Below, piece by piece: positions 1-12,664 of a stretch of DNA of 64,000 nt; the stretch's first letter is position 1; every line of letters begins with the position of its first letter. The notes under the pieces are model-generated. The model did no database searches. It saw nothing but the letters and a program-made list of their open reading frames with translations, and was not told the DNA's origin. Location of the stretch: assembly GCA_002633005.1 (NCBI GenBank), contig NMRA01000001.1, forward strand, positions 89,135-153,134, read 5' to 3'. The position numbers and the translations under genes were made by a program. This stretch comes from Phoronis australis (lineage: Eukaryota; Animalia; Phoronida).

Positions 1-49
1 AAAAAAAAAAAAAAAAAAACGGAGAACGTGTCAAACAGGAAAAATTACA

Positions 50-118
50 AGTTCAAAAAATTCGAACTCATGACCTAGCGGTTAGAGAGCGCGTGCATTT
101 CCACTACACCACCACGAA
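50..118 (-). mobile_element. tRNA-derived (SINE-head-like) sequence
   Basis: Minus strand reads GTGGTGGTGTAGTGG...GAGTTCGAATT, giving Pol III A- and B-boxes at tRNA-like spacing. The cloverleaf is imperfect. Confidence 0.5.
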
Positions 119-1004
119 TTCACTACAAATAATGCACTAAGAGACCTACTTGTTTATGGTCCACAGCGTTTGCGCGCGAAACCTATTTCTTTTTGTAATG
201 CTTATTACACGTTTTATATTTTGTGCCATCAATTCTTAACAAATTTGTCGTATTTAAAATAGTCTTCAAATGCCCAAAAAACCAAATTCGTTTTTTGTGT
301 TGGCAATAATGACGGGATTGTTTTGGAAATCGTCCTAAGGTAAGGTTTGACAAAGAGAGTATTGCAAGTTTCTGAGTGGTTCACTAAGGCTTCGATTAAA
401 ATTCACATCTTACCAGCAGCTTCTGTTTTTTCATCGTCACTAAGGTTCCATTTTCTTTAAAAAATGAAGTAAATTTTCTTCATTGCACAGTGGAGCAGAC
501 GACGGAAAAGGAGTCGTAGTGCGCAGCGCCACTGCCGGTCGCCTCGGATATCGCGGGAGAGCCTATACTTAGCCATAGTTCCGTTACGAATGCGCCGTGT
601 TCAGAATTTGACACTTGAAATTGGATTTGAGCCTCCCCCAACACTAAAACTGCACACATTTAAATCTTTTTTCATCCGTATAATTTTAATTACCGAGTTA
701 ATTAATAAACTCAACATTTCCCTACGCTCTTACTGTTTTATTTTTTTTGCGGCAGCCAAGGGGNNNNNNNNNNNNNNNNNNNNNNNCCCCCCCCCCCCCT
801 AAATCCGCCTATGGAACCATGCGCGATTCCAATACGGGCGGCTGTCGAGTGTGTGTCCTGTATTGGTATAGGCGACAATGGGCCGTTTAATTTGGTGCAA
901 AATACTTGGAATGTTACTATTTCTGATTCATGTTTTATTTAGTCATTTTTACCCACATCGACACGAAGCAGTAGATTTTGTATAGGCTTACAGCTTTGCA
1001 CCAA

Positions 1005-1166
1005 GCCTAAAACAGATCTTGCCGATAGGGAAAGTTTGTCTCCAGTCCTTGTCGTGAATACGAATCTATTCAACGCACGGCACATGACGTGATCGGTGGG
1101 GAAGTTGTGCAAATGTATCCCATTGTCGCTGACATTGCTACACCCGCACATCAGGCAAAGAGGCAT
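1005..1166 (-). pseudogene. Truncated THAP zinc-finger remnant (DNA-transposon derived)
   Basis: MPLCLMCGCSNVSDNGIHLHNFPTDHVMCRALNRFV matches the THAP N-half (CxxCGC...LHxFP...). The conserved W and the CSxHF half are missing. Confidence 0.6.
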
Positions 1167-1974
1167 TTTAGCCCAGAGATCGACAAGTGCAGAACATCCA
1201 TGAAATGGCACTCAGCTGTTACGCAGTGTGGATTCCCAGTAATTTCGTGGCCACGATGAAGTCATATGAACCACATTATGCTGTTTGGTTTAGATTTTTT
1301 CTGGGGCGCTCTAAGGGGTTACGAATTATGAGCAGTGTAATTTGCGTAGCAATTAATTACTTTCCGTGGTATGTAAGTATAGCAAAAACAATATTTTTAT
1401 GAACAATACATACATTTCTGGTGTCAAAAATGTGTTTTAGCCGCTTGACGCTGTCTTTAAATTTTGTTGCACGAAGGAGAAGGAGAGGAGGTGTTGTGTA
1501 GTCGGCCAACGACATATTGTATATGTCAGGCAGAAACTGCATCAAGTGTGCAAGCATTTGTTTTACGGACAGATATTATGTTCCGTTTGTGTGTACCGTT
1601 CAGCGACGTTTTAAAAATGTTGTTACTTGTGACGGCCGGGCAGAATGAAATTGGCACGCGCTATTTTGGACCTGAAATACTACCTCTCTCAAATGACCGC
1701 TGTTTTTCACTACTGTTGGATGTTGCTACCACTAAACTAGCCGAGAGAGTTTGGAATATGGAATCCTGATTGTTTTCTCGACTGCGTTTTGTTCGAGTGC
1801 TGAAGTTATGAGGCCTAATATTGTTTCATTTCAATCTGTCATACTCCTTCATCAAGCGAAACACATAGGAGGCACGGTTCGCAGACAACCGGCGATTTTT
1901 CGACAAAACTTAGTCAACAGACCAGACAATGGCATTAGTCATTCTTTGTACGCACCTACCTGACTGTTCCTGGG

Positions 1975-2660
1975 GGCGGGAATAGCCTCAGACAGTGGCC
2001 TCTGATTTTTTAGCTTCAGTCTTAGAACAACTTTCGACAATCTGTCAGATTACAAGTTAAAAGTTCTTCAACAAGACATTTTGGTTGTTAAATCATATTG
2101 CAGTATTTTACGGAAAGAAGTAACTTTTGTTTTTAGATGATTGTTCTGCAATTACAAATGAAAACCTAGAAAACTAGGCCGAAGTTTTTGTAAATAACAT
2201 TCGTGTGTTTATTTGAGTAGCTAGGTGTTTGTATGTGTATGAAAGTGTACATTATTACTAATTTCAATTGTTTCTGTGATGACTCATTTCTGCAATGTTT
2301 AGCTGTTTTCTTGTGACATAAAATTTAAGAAATAAAAAGTTTATGCTGTAAAAGAATCCAATCCAACACTTACTATCACTGACAGCAGACACTGCACTTT
2401 CCAACTGTCCAGCTTCAAGTGGACTGGTCAATTTTTTTAATGTTCCCTCATCCCGCCTCACCAAGATGTCCAGACCTGTTTTTTCACACATAGCAAACTT
2501 GACATATTATTATCTACCATCTAAATATACTTGTCAAATGTCCAGCTTCCAGCGGACTGGTCCCATTTTTGAATTTTCCCCTCATCCTGCCTCACCAATT
2601 AGATGTCCTGTTTTTTCACTCGTAGCGAACTTGACATATTACAATGTACCAACTAAAAAT
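1975..2660 (+). repeat. Dispersed repeat, homologous to ~60405-60960; contains an internal ~140-bp tandem duplication (2400-2660)
   Basis: Shared blocks gaatag(c/t)ctcagaca(g/t)tggcctctgattttt, gttcttcaacaagacatttt and aaaatttaagaaataaaaagttta occur in both places. Confidence 0.75.
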
Positions 2661-3665
2661 CGCAGGGTAAAAAATCTTTGGGGCGGTTGTGACGTAGACT
2701 TAAATATTAAAGCGAGAACACAAAATTGTTAATAGTACATGTTATATGCAAACATCAGTTGACGATTTGTCTGACCACCGTTCACATGGTTACCTATGTG
2801 GCTAAAACAAAAGCCTACAAATTCTATGGAAATGGAAATGATAGAACTAAAATGTGTATTTGGTAATCACTAACTTCTTTTACAGTCTTCGTTGTTGGGT
2901 AGAATGATAAAGCTTGTGCAGCCATACGCCACGTTATGGAGGATTGTAAAAAATTGTGTCAGGCGAATTTCGCTGAACACGACATTCACAGGTCCAATTC
3001 GAATGTGGAGAAAACTTTTCCTTGGCGGAAAAGCTTCCTCCGCAGAGAAAATATTTTTTCCGTAGAGAAAAGTAATTTTCTCGTAATGTCGTTTTTTCAA
3101 TGTCACCTTTAAGCCACTGTAGTCTCTTCTATACAGTGTATATCATAGTCACTAGCAAAGGGGAGAGTAGACACAAGCAGATGCAGTACACAACTTCCCC
3201 CACTATACCTACCGGAAGTTGAGGTTTTAGGGGTGTGTATGCACGTAGATACAGTACATCAATATTTTCATTTGATTTCTCTATTAATATTCTTGGCATA
3301 AATGCTGGCAATCCTTGACAACAGCGTTAAATTGTCAATATTGAAAAGTAGTCGTGGTTTGAGAAAAAAAGGGATATTCGTGGGCGGGAACCGCAAAAGA
3401 GCCCATTTAAAATTATTGTGCGGTCACTCAGACCATGCGTTGGCTGGTGCATGCCATATTTAATGGGACGTTTGTCATACTGGCAGTGGAAGAGACCTGA
3501 AAACTACAAGTTCAGTGTTGATGACCATGAGCAGAAATTCTAGGGATGTTACTAATAATCCAGGTGTTCGGAAGAGCCTGATCACCACCCCATCTAGTGG
3601 TCACCACACCATCTAGTGGTCACCAGCTTCTTAAGAAGACTGCTGTAACTGAACACTGAAAATGC

Positions 3666-3821
3666 CAGTGGCGGATTTAGAGGAGGTCCAAAGGGTCCAT
3701 GCCCCCCCTAAAGTTCTCCCGAACTAAATTTCGTAATTCATGGTGTAAATGTCTGACGGGCAAAATCCTGGCTAATACTTTGCCCCCCCCCCCCCAACTC
3801 AAAATCCTGGATCTGCCCCTG
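3666..3821. mobile_element. Short hAT-type MITE (copies at 6238-6392 and 26848-26983)
   Basis: Termini CAGTGGCGGAT...ATCTGCCCCTG. The core ggtgtaaatgtctga.gggcaaaatcct is shared by all three copies. Confidence 0.7.
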
Positions 3822-4952
3822 GTCAAGGTTTTGCAGCACTACCTGGAGCATAGAACAGACATTACGTAGTACGTTTTCTTAGTATGTGCGGCCGAAATTA
3901 ATAAAGTGATTAACTCGAACCAGTCTTCGGTCTATTGTCTCACCGAAAGCTATTAAACACCGGTTAGCGATTACCTGTGTCCGCCCATCCACGAAGTAAA
4001 CCGTGACATGTTCATTATAAAATTTGCAGACAGATGCGTGACGACAAAGTACGTTTTATAAATAAAACTGATAAAAAACGAATATAGACACCCATATTAA
4101 CACCGCAATTTCTTATTTTTCTTTTCATTCTTTATTCATATCATGACTAGGCATAAATGCACAGTGCAATAAACGTAAGTTTTTCATAAGCTCATTCATT
4201 CACACATTCCGATGAGAAAACCAACCAGTTTCCAATCTTAAGAGTGCAGTGCACTTCAGACCAGACAAAAAGCCATAAATGGGTGATACACCCTATGTCA
4301 CAGATTTGGATCATTCTATGCGTTGCAGTTTACTATGTACTTTAAACAATTCCTACTCTGATAAGCAGCTTAAAAGTGCGGCACATCAGTTTTCACTCAA
4401 AATCAGTACCAAATTTTACCACGAAATCTCATTTTTTGTGGTATTGTAAAAATAATAGAAGCTGCTTGACAGTGAAGTAGTTTGAGTTTTGGATTAATTC
4501 CTTCATGGTCTCAGTAATAATAATAAATAGAAATTGGAAATATTGCCTGAAATTTCTGAGGATAACTAGGTCAAAAAAGCAAAAACACAGAAAACTTACA
4601 TAATTTGAGCGTGCGAATCTCGCTGAAGTCTAATTTTAGACTATGAAACTTAGTTGTAAGTTTGACCTGTCTTAGTAGAAGAGATGGTTTTATGATAGAC
4701 ATATGTCCCCAAAACTACCGACGAACTTATGTCTGCATACAGCAACGAGCCAATGTTTACAGCCACTTCAGACAAAGGGAGCACTTGCAACAGGCACAAC
4801 TTATCAGTGAAAATATTCAGTCTTGATATCTAAAATGCTCAAAATTGTTTTTAAAAAATTTGGTTCATTTCATAGCACATACATGTAGAGTGTAATATAG
4901 ACTGTAACAAAATTAAAATATTTGGTTTTCCTGTGAATTATCTTTTTCTTAA

Positions 4953-5380
4953 GAAATCCTGCAATTACCACTGATGTCACCAAAGGAAAAATGGCTGCCG
5001 AGGAAGATGAAGCAGTCAGTGTTCACTGTAGGAGTCTTTATGTTAATCTGGTTAGTGGGAAATCAATGGAATACCCAAACCAGCAAGCAGTTGAAACATT
5101 AGCCAAATCTAATAAGTCGATAACAGATCTTCTGACACATGTTCATTCAGGCCTCGTCTCGTTCACTGCAGACGGAGAGGCAGCTGACTTTTGCCAGAGT
5201 GGGCTTGCTTACCACAGTTTGCTCTCAGAATTGATTGTTTGTGGAAAACATATTGTGCTCAGTTTGGAATCAGATGGAAACCAAGAAAAAATGTACCCAC
5301 TCTCAATTGTAGAGTTTGAGTTTGGGATGTCAGAGGAAATTTCCCAAAGAATTGCTCGAGGAACAGAATGTACTGATTGA
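4953..5380 (+). CDS. Candidate coding exon / 129-aa ORF of unknown function
   Basis: Preceded by acceptor-like tctttttcttaag and open through ATG 4991 to TGA. The duplicate copy keeps the frame via a 3-nt indel. No recognised domain. Confidence 0.35.
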
Positions 5381-7565
5381 GCTAAGGTCAGGTGAATTGT
5401 TATGCAANAATGATAGAACTAAAATGTGTATTTGGTAATCACTAACTTCCTTTACAGTCTTCGTTGTTGGGTAGAATGATAAAGCTTGTGCAGCCATACG
5501 CCACGTTATGGAGGATTGTAAAAAATTGTGTCAGGCGAATTTCGCTGAACACGACATTCACAGGTCCAATTCGAATGTGGAGAAAACATTTCCTTGGCGG
5601 AAAAGCTTCCTCCGCAGAGAAAATATTTTTTCCGTAGAGAAAAGTAATTTTCTCGTAATGTCGTTTTTTCAATGTCACCTTTAAGCCACTGTAGTCTCTT
5701 CTATACAGTGTATATCATAGTCACTAGCAAAGGGGAGAGTAGACACAAGCAGATGCAGTACACAACTTCCCCCACTCTACCTACCGGAAGTTGAGGTTTT
5801 AGGGGTGTGTATGCACGTAGATACAGTACATCAACATTTTCATTTGATTTCTCTATTAATATTCTTGGCATAAATGCTGGCAATCCTTGACAACAGCGTT
5901 AAATTGTCAATATTGAAAAGTAGTCGTGGTTTGAGAAAAAAAGGGATATTCGTGGGCGGGAACCGCAAAAGAGCCCATTTAAAATTATTGTGCGGTCACT
6001 CAGACCATGCGTTGGCTTGTGCATGCCATATCTAATGGGACGTTTGTCATACTGGCAGTGGAAGAGACCTGAAAACTACAAGTTCAGTGTTGATGACCTT
6101 GAGCAGAAATGATAGGGATGTTACTAATAATCCAGGTGTTCGGAAGAGCCTGATCACCACCCCATCTAGTGGTCACCACACCATCTAGTGGTCACCAGCT
6201 TCTTAAGAAGACTGCTGTAACTGAGCACTGAAAATGTCAGTGGCGCATTTAGAGGAGGGCCAAAGGGTCCATGCCCCCCCCCCCCCTAAAGTTCTCCCGG
6301 ATTAAATTTTGTAATTCATGGTGTAAATGTCTGACGGGCAAAATCCTTTCTAATACTTTGCCCTCCAACTCAAAATCCTGGATCTGCCCCTGGTCAAGGT
6401 TTTGCAGCACTAACTGGAGCATAGAACAGACATTACGTAGTACGTTTTCTTAGAGTAGACTTGAGTATGTGCGGCCGAAATTAATAAAGTGATTAACTCG
6501 AACCAGTCTTCGGTCTATTGTCTCACCGAAGGCTATTAAACACCGGTTAGCGATTACCTGTGTCCGCAAATCCACGAAGTAAACCGTGACATGTTCATTG
6601 TAAAATTTGACAGATGCGTGACGACAAAGTACGTTTTATAAATAAAACTGATAAAAAACGAATATAGACACCCATATTAACACCGCAATTTCTTATTTTT
6701 TCTTTTCATTCTTTATTCATATCATGACTAGGCATACATGTACAGTGCAATGAACGTAAGTTTTTCATAAGCTAATTCATTCACACATTCCGATGAGAAA
6801 ACCAACCAGTTTTCTATCTTAAGAGTGCAGTGCACTTCCGACCAGACAAAAAGCCATAAATGGGTGATACACCCTAGGTCACGGATTTGGATCGTACTAT
6901 GCGTTGCAGTTTATTATGTACTTTAAACAATTCCTACTCTGATAAGCAGCTTAAAAGTCCGGCACATCAGTTTTCACTCAAAATCAGTACCAAATTTTAC
7001 CATGAAATCTCATTTTTTGTGGTATTGTAAAAATTATAGAAGCTGCTTGACAGTGAAGTAGTTTGAGTTTTGGATTAATTCTTTCATGGTCCCAGTAATA
7101 ATAATAAATAGAAATTGGAAATATTGCCTGAAATTTCTGAGGATAACTGGGTCAAAAAAGCAAAAACACAGAAAACTTACCTAATTTGAGCGTGCGAATC
7201 TCGCTGAAGTCTAGTTTTAGACTCTGAAACTTAGTTGTAAGTTTGACCTGTCTTAGTAGAAGAGATGGTTTTATGATAGACATATGTCCCCAAAACTACC
7301 GACGAACTTATGTCTGCATACAGCAACGAGCCAATGTTTACAGTCACCTCAGACAAAGGGAGCGCTTGCAACAGGCACAACTTATCAGTGAAAATCTTCA
7401 GTCTTGATATCTAAAATGCTCAAAATTGTTTGTCAAAAATTTGGTTTATTTCATAGCACATAGAATGTAATATAGAATGTAACAAAATTAAAATATTTGG
7501 TTTTCCTGTGAATTATCTTTTTCTTAAGAAGTCCTGCAATTACCACTGATGTCACCAAAGGAAAA

Positions 7566-7952
7566 ATGGCTGCCGCGGAAGATGAAGCAGTCAGTGTTCA
7601 CTGGAGTCGTTATGTTAATCTGGTTAGTGAGACTTCAATGGAATACCCAAACCAGCAAGCAGTTGAAACATTAGCCAAATCTAATAAGTCGATAACAGAT
7701 CTTCTGACACATGTTCATTCAGGCCTCGTCTCGTTCACTGCAGACGGAGAGGCAGCTGAATTTTGCCAGAGTGGGCTTGCTTACCACCGTTTGCTCTCAG
7801 AATTGATTGTTTGTGGAAAACATATTGAGCTCAGTTTGGAATCAGATGGAAACCAAGAAAAAATGTACCCACTCTCAATTGTAGAGTTTGAGTTTGGGAT
7901 GTCAGAGGAAATTTCCCAAAGAATTGCTCGAGGAACAGAATGTACTGATTGA
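7566..7952 (+). CDS. Second (allelic/duplicate) copy of the unknown 128-aa ORF
   Basis: Nearly identical to 4991-5380. Confidence 0.3.
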   Translation: MAAAEDEAVSVHWSRYVNLVSETSMEYPNQQAVETLAKSNKSITDLLTHVHSGLVSFTADGEAAEFCQSGLAYHRLLSELIVCGKHIELSLESDGNQEKMYPLSIVEFEFGMSEEISQRIARGTECTD

Positions 7953-8530
7953 GCTAAGGTCAGGTGAATTGTTATGCAAGTGATAATTGTTCCAACAATT
8001 TTAGAATCGTAGTTGGTACATGTTTTTTTTTTGCTTTGTTAGGACAACATTTTGAAGGGCCACAACGGTATATTTGACTTCCTTGTCACTTATGGTGTAG
8101 TCACCCCGCGCGTTCAATGCTGATGAATAAGAAAAAGCCACCTCTAATTGTCTGGACAATCCTGTCAGCTACGAAACAGCAAGCGGGCGAAGTTCGCCGG
8201 GTACGACTCGATAATCACATGAAGCGCGTTGAACGGGAAGCAAATTCAAAATAATTACTAATTTAGTTATCCTTGTAGTTAGCAGTGGTACCAGTAGCTG
8301 CAACGATTTCGTTGTTGTCGTCCACCTATATCCTGTGTTTAACGGAGGGGCTGGGGCTGGACCTATTCTGCGTTGGATCGAACCTCCGCGAAACCCCCCG
8401 GTCTTGCATTTCTTCAAATTTAGGTTAATGAAGTTTAAGGCACACTGCTTACTGTCACGTTCTTAATGCTCATGAGTACTGTTAAGTCTGTTAAATTAAA
8501 TTTACCAGGTGGCCACTATTTTCTATCTTC

Positions 8531-8572
8531 TCCTGATGATGGTGTTTGAATAAATGACACCGAAACAAATCA
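8531..8572 (+). ncRNA. Minimal type I hammerhead ribozyme motif (Penelope pLTR remnant), degenerate stem III
   Basis: CTGATGA-T-GGTGT..loop..ACACC-GAAAC-AAATC. The flank ggtggccactat is shared with the copy at 36710-36771. Confidence 0.65.
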
Positions 8573-8616
8573 ACCGTTGTGGATTTTATTATAAATGTAA
8601 CCATCCCTGCAAAGTA

Positions 8617-8880
8617 GAAGAGAACGCTTGTGTACACTTGTATTTATCAGAGAACAATGCTTTACCCTTCATTGTGAACAACAATTTCTGGGAATAGCAT
8701 TTCAAGCATTTTTTCATGACGATTCTTTGAAAAAAGCAAACTGAAACGCGAGTATTGTAAGGTCAGTTGAATTGAATGCAATCACCCTTGAAGAGAACGT
8801 CTGTGTACATATGTATTTATCTGATAACGATTCTTTATCATGTATTGAGAACAACAATGTCGAGGCATTTTTCTCATGAC
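8617..8880. repeat. Diverged ~175-bp tandem pair
   Basis: gaagagaacg..tgtgtaca..tgtatttatc...gaacaacaat occurs at ~8617 and ~8790. Confidence 0.6.
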
Positions 8881-11403
8881 GATTACTGGAAAGAACGCAA
8901 ACTGACACGCTTTGGCACTAAAAAACAGTAGCATAGAATATGCATTCGAAAACTGCACTCGTCAGATATTGCCACTCAACACATGTTTCATGCATTTATA
9001 GATAACTTTTATTCGCCGTTGTTATGGAGATATGAAAATGCGTGATCTAGTTTTTGAAATCAAGCACATTTTCGTGTCTCTCATTAATGTCGGGAGGGCA
9101 AAGAATTTCACTGAGATCACGCGTCCATGGGTATTTGTCCAGTTTATAAAACTTTTTCACGTCGGTGTTGCAGCCCACAACACAACACTTAATACTTCGT
9201 TAGCATAGGAAGAACGAATAGATTAATAAAACCAAGAAAAACTTGTGAATCTCCAGTGGCTCGAAAACTAGGCAGCAAATATGCCTGACGAATTTTTACG
9301 GTATTATGGTAAATGCAGCGCGATTCGAGTGTTGCTATGTTGGTAATCCGGGACGGCCCTATTGCCATGAACAGCAACTATATAGTACTATCTGCATGTT
9401 TTAATTCCACTAGATATGTGTGCTTCGACTGTACAATTAATAGCGGAAAGCGATCGAAAAACAATCCTACTAAACTTCAGCACGCGCATTGTACTCAAGA
9501 AAATCACCCCGGCATAAATCCTGAAGGTTACTAGAGTGATACACTGACTTATTAAGTTCTAATAGAGGCGTTATTTTGAACTCGGGAGACGATTTGAGTG
9601 CGTTAAAACTTTGCCCTTCGTTATCCGTAGGATTCACAAAGGATTGTAGGTGATACTCAAACATTAAAGAAATGCCGTGAATGAATGCCATTGCTTGCTA
9701 GAACGCTTGTCGGCCGTCCCCCGCCCGGTTTCCGGCTGTAGTGCTGCTTAGAAAACTCTAAAAAGTTACTCAGCTACCTGCTGGTTTGGCCTATTATGCA
9801 GCACATCCCACGGAATTAACGAGGCACGGAATACTGGCTGGACTCCTCCAGTGCGTTGGTGGTGGGTCTGATTAACCACAACAGCATGAGGTCTTTGATC
9901 CGAACCGGTAATTCCTGAGGTAGGCAAACCGGTCGAGTTGCTCAATCTCGACCGGTTTGGGTGTCCACGTGGGATTCTTGTCATGAGGGAATGGGAAATT
10001 TCAGCAGGAATTGGAAACTTTAGTATAGGCCGATGTCGCACATATCGTGGGGGCGCCACTTAGCAAGTTCCAAGAATGTTCCGGTTGGCATGAACTGGAG
10101 CTGGTCTGCTTGGAGCGGCTGCAAATTATAAACTTTGAAGAGATGAAAATCAATATAATCTTTCTGCGGCAGTGTGTTGGTCTGAGTGAGCGGGGCCGAC
10201 GTTGTGTGTTCTTGGAAATTGTTATAAACATGATGGGAAGTGGTTACCAGGAATGGTAATTGATTCTTTTGCACGTAATCATCCATCGGGTATTCTTTGG
10301 GAACATATTTATTTTTTGACAAAAAGTATCTTACCTGGAGTGATCATAAATTACTTTGCGTCTGATCATTTATCGCTTAAGATGATGTTAACTGAAAGAG
10401 ACCCGTATTCGCCCTTAAAGAGTCGGGTTCTAAGCCCTCCGACCATCGTAGGCCACTACGTTCTGCGTCAATTGGTCAAATCAGATGTGTGTACACTGCT
10501 CGACAACCGACTGTCGCGTGTCTTGGCGGGTCATTGCAAGTGCCAGGCAAGGTCTGCAAGCAATAACAACCACCTCTTTGCAAGCCCAGGTTTCATTTTT
10601 TCATCTGAGTAAGCGGCAATCAGTCCAAGCAGAGAAAAATCTGAAAAACGACATGAAGTTCGACCCCGGGTCTATGTTGGTGAGTATTTTATAGAGGGTG
10701 GCAAGAACGTTCTTCCTGTAATGGCTGTAGTTGTTCAGCACCGCGTAAGTGAGGAATTTACACCTCTTTAGTTGTAAACACGCGCCTAGTATTACATATG
10801 TCTCCTTAACTTATTTCATATAAACAAGTTTTATTGGTTTGATTCGGAGGACAACAAGGAAAACTTTAGTGATTAAAATCAGATTTTTAAAGACAATGAA
10901 GATTTCAGGAGTAGACTGCAAGAGAAAGAAAATGGAAGTTTATCCCGCTGCCAACTAACTCTTGACGCAATCTAATAAATGACGTCAGTGTTAAACTTCC
11001 TCCGTTTGATTTTTTGTGAAACACTCTGGTAGCGCATAATTTCCTAATTCGTACTTCCAGATACGGGATTCATGTTTTGGCTCAGTGCCTCGTGTTTTTG
11101 AATGTGGGTTAGTACCCCGTTCAAAGGAGGTCAGACTGACTTGAAGGCAGGTCAATGGCTTAAACCGAGTGTTCAACAAGTCATTCTATTTGCATATACT
11201 AATGTGCGAAATGTTATATATTCAGGCCAGTCACGTGCGATCACAATGAGAGTGCAGAGCCTAACGACGAATTACATCATTGGAATGTAGGCTTCAATAG
11301 CGGATTTGCAGCGACGCCATATTGAAATTAGTTAAAATGGTGCATTGTGGGTGCTGTGGTCAGGATTCCGAAAGCGGCCATAGTAACAAGCATAATACGC
11401 GGT

Positions 11404-12664
11404 ATGAGCGCGAAGAAAACTTACTGCGGATACACTTGTTGTGTTCCTGGCTGCTTCAAAAACAACAAGAGAGATAAAAATCTGAGTTTGTATGTGTTCC
11501 CTGCAAACCAAGAACTTCGTGAAAAATGGATAAACAACATTAGGAGACCTGGGAGTAAGGGGAAATTTAGCGCATTCAAACGAACGCGGGGCCATCTAGT
11601 AGGCAACACGTAGCCCCTCGGTTGGCCATGTAGGGGCTACAATACTTCCATTCGCTTTCTGTACTCATTTCGTTACTCCAGTGTATTTTAAACGGGCCGT
11701 GACCGGATTTGGGTTACCGATTTCGAGTTTTCACCTCGTCAAAAATACACTCTACACTTAAAACTATCATTTAAAAAACGCTTACTTTCATCATTGGTCC
11801 TTTCTACTTCTATACATATCTTTAATGAAGCTTAGTTGTGACAATTAAGTTGACTTTGGCGAAGAATTACAACTCCACTTTTTTGGTTGCCGTTAATTTT
11901 ATCACCGCGTGCGCGATAACTACAAAGCATGTCAACTGAATCCCGTGAGTTAGGCGCAAGGTTAGACTGAGCGAAGCGCGTGACGCTAGCGCGCGACACT
12001 TGTAAAATAGCATGAGAAGGTATCGGGTGAAACTTGTAAGATGTGTGTCCCTTGGACTTTTTATTCGTCAACATGCGTAATTTCACGTAACTTCCTCAAA
12101 ATGGCACCCGGTAACCGTGACTGAGAGAAACTCGAACAAACCGCGACAGATTTTCATCGATTCGTTCAAGTTTTGCTGACTAAATTGTATCCAGAGTCGT
12201 GGTATGTGTTAATTATAACTCCGTGTTCCTATATGTATGCCGGGTTCATTTGATTTTATTTGCTGTATTTTGAAATGAGTAACTTTTTGTGAGGATGTAC
12301 TATCGCCCCTGAATGCCTGCGGCATCCAGTGCGATGTAATTGCCTAGGGGCCATCGTGTGTGCAGCGAACATTTTCCTGGTGGAAAAAAGACTTATGAGA
12401 ACAACATTCCGACGGAGTTTCCACTTAAAATTAACGTCTCTAGCATATCCACGACGAAAGCTACAAAAGTTAAGCAACCCAAGAACTCTCAACTTGTCTG
12501 AAATAGGAGGAGATTTCGAAATCAACGCCGATAACCCCAATACTGAACACGGCGACAGTCGTGCTCTCGGTCACACGGTCACTGATCATAGCTACGCTGT
12601 GTTTACAAACGAGAGAGAAGACTTGCTTGGTATTATAAAGCAAAAAATGAAACATGATTTTTAG
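11404..12664 (+). pseudogene. THAP-domain ORF interrupted by an insertion and a frameshift
   Basis: Removing the insert and one TSD joins MSAKKTYCGYTCCVPGCFKN...FPANQELREKW...TRGH to RVCSEHFPGGKKTYENNIPTEF, a complete THAP domain. A downstream frame carries a DHSY (HCF-1-binding-type) motif. Confidence 0.85.
11597..12346. mobile_element. Non-autonomous DNA element with 9-bp TSD (Mutator-like) nested in the THAP ORF
   Basis: Direct repeat GGGGCCATC at 11588-11596 and 12347-12355. Short imperfect TIR TAGGCAA...TTGCCTA. Confidence 0.75.

Larger units (their letters stand above)
2837..7979. repeat. Near-identical tandem duplication (2837-5407 / 5409-7979) joined by a single N; probable uncollapsed haplotypes
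   Basis: Sequence after n5408 restarts at the text of 2837. The copies differ by scattered SNPs and small indels. Confidence 0.9.

Noticed and set aside
8118-8180. CTGATGA ... GTC ... GAAAC as a hammerhead
   Set aside because: The segment order is not a valid circular permutation and no stem II forms.
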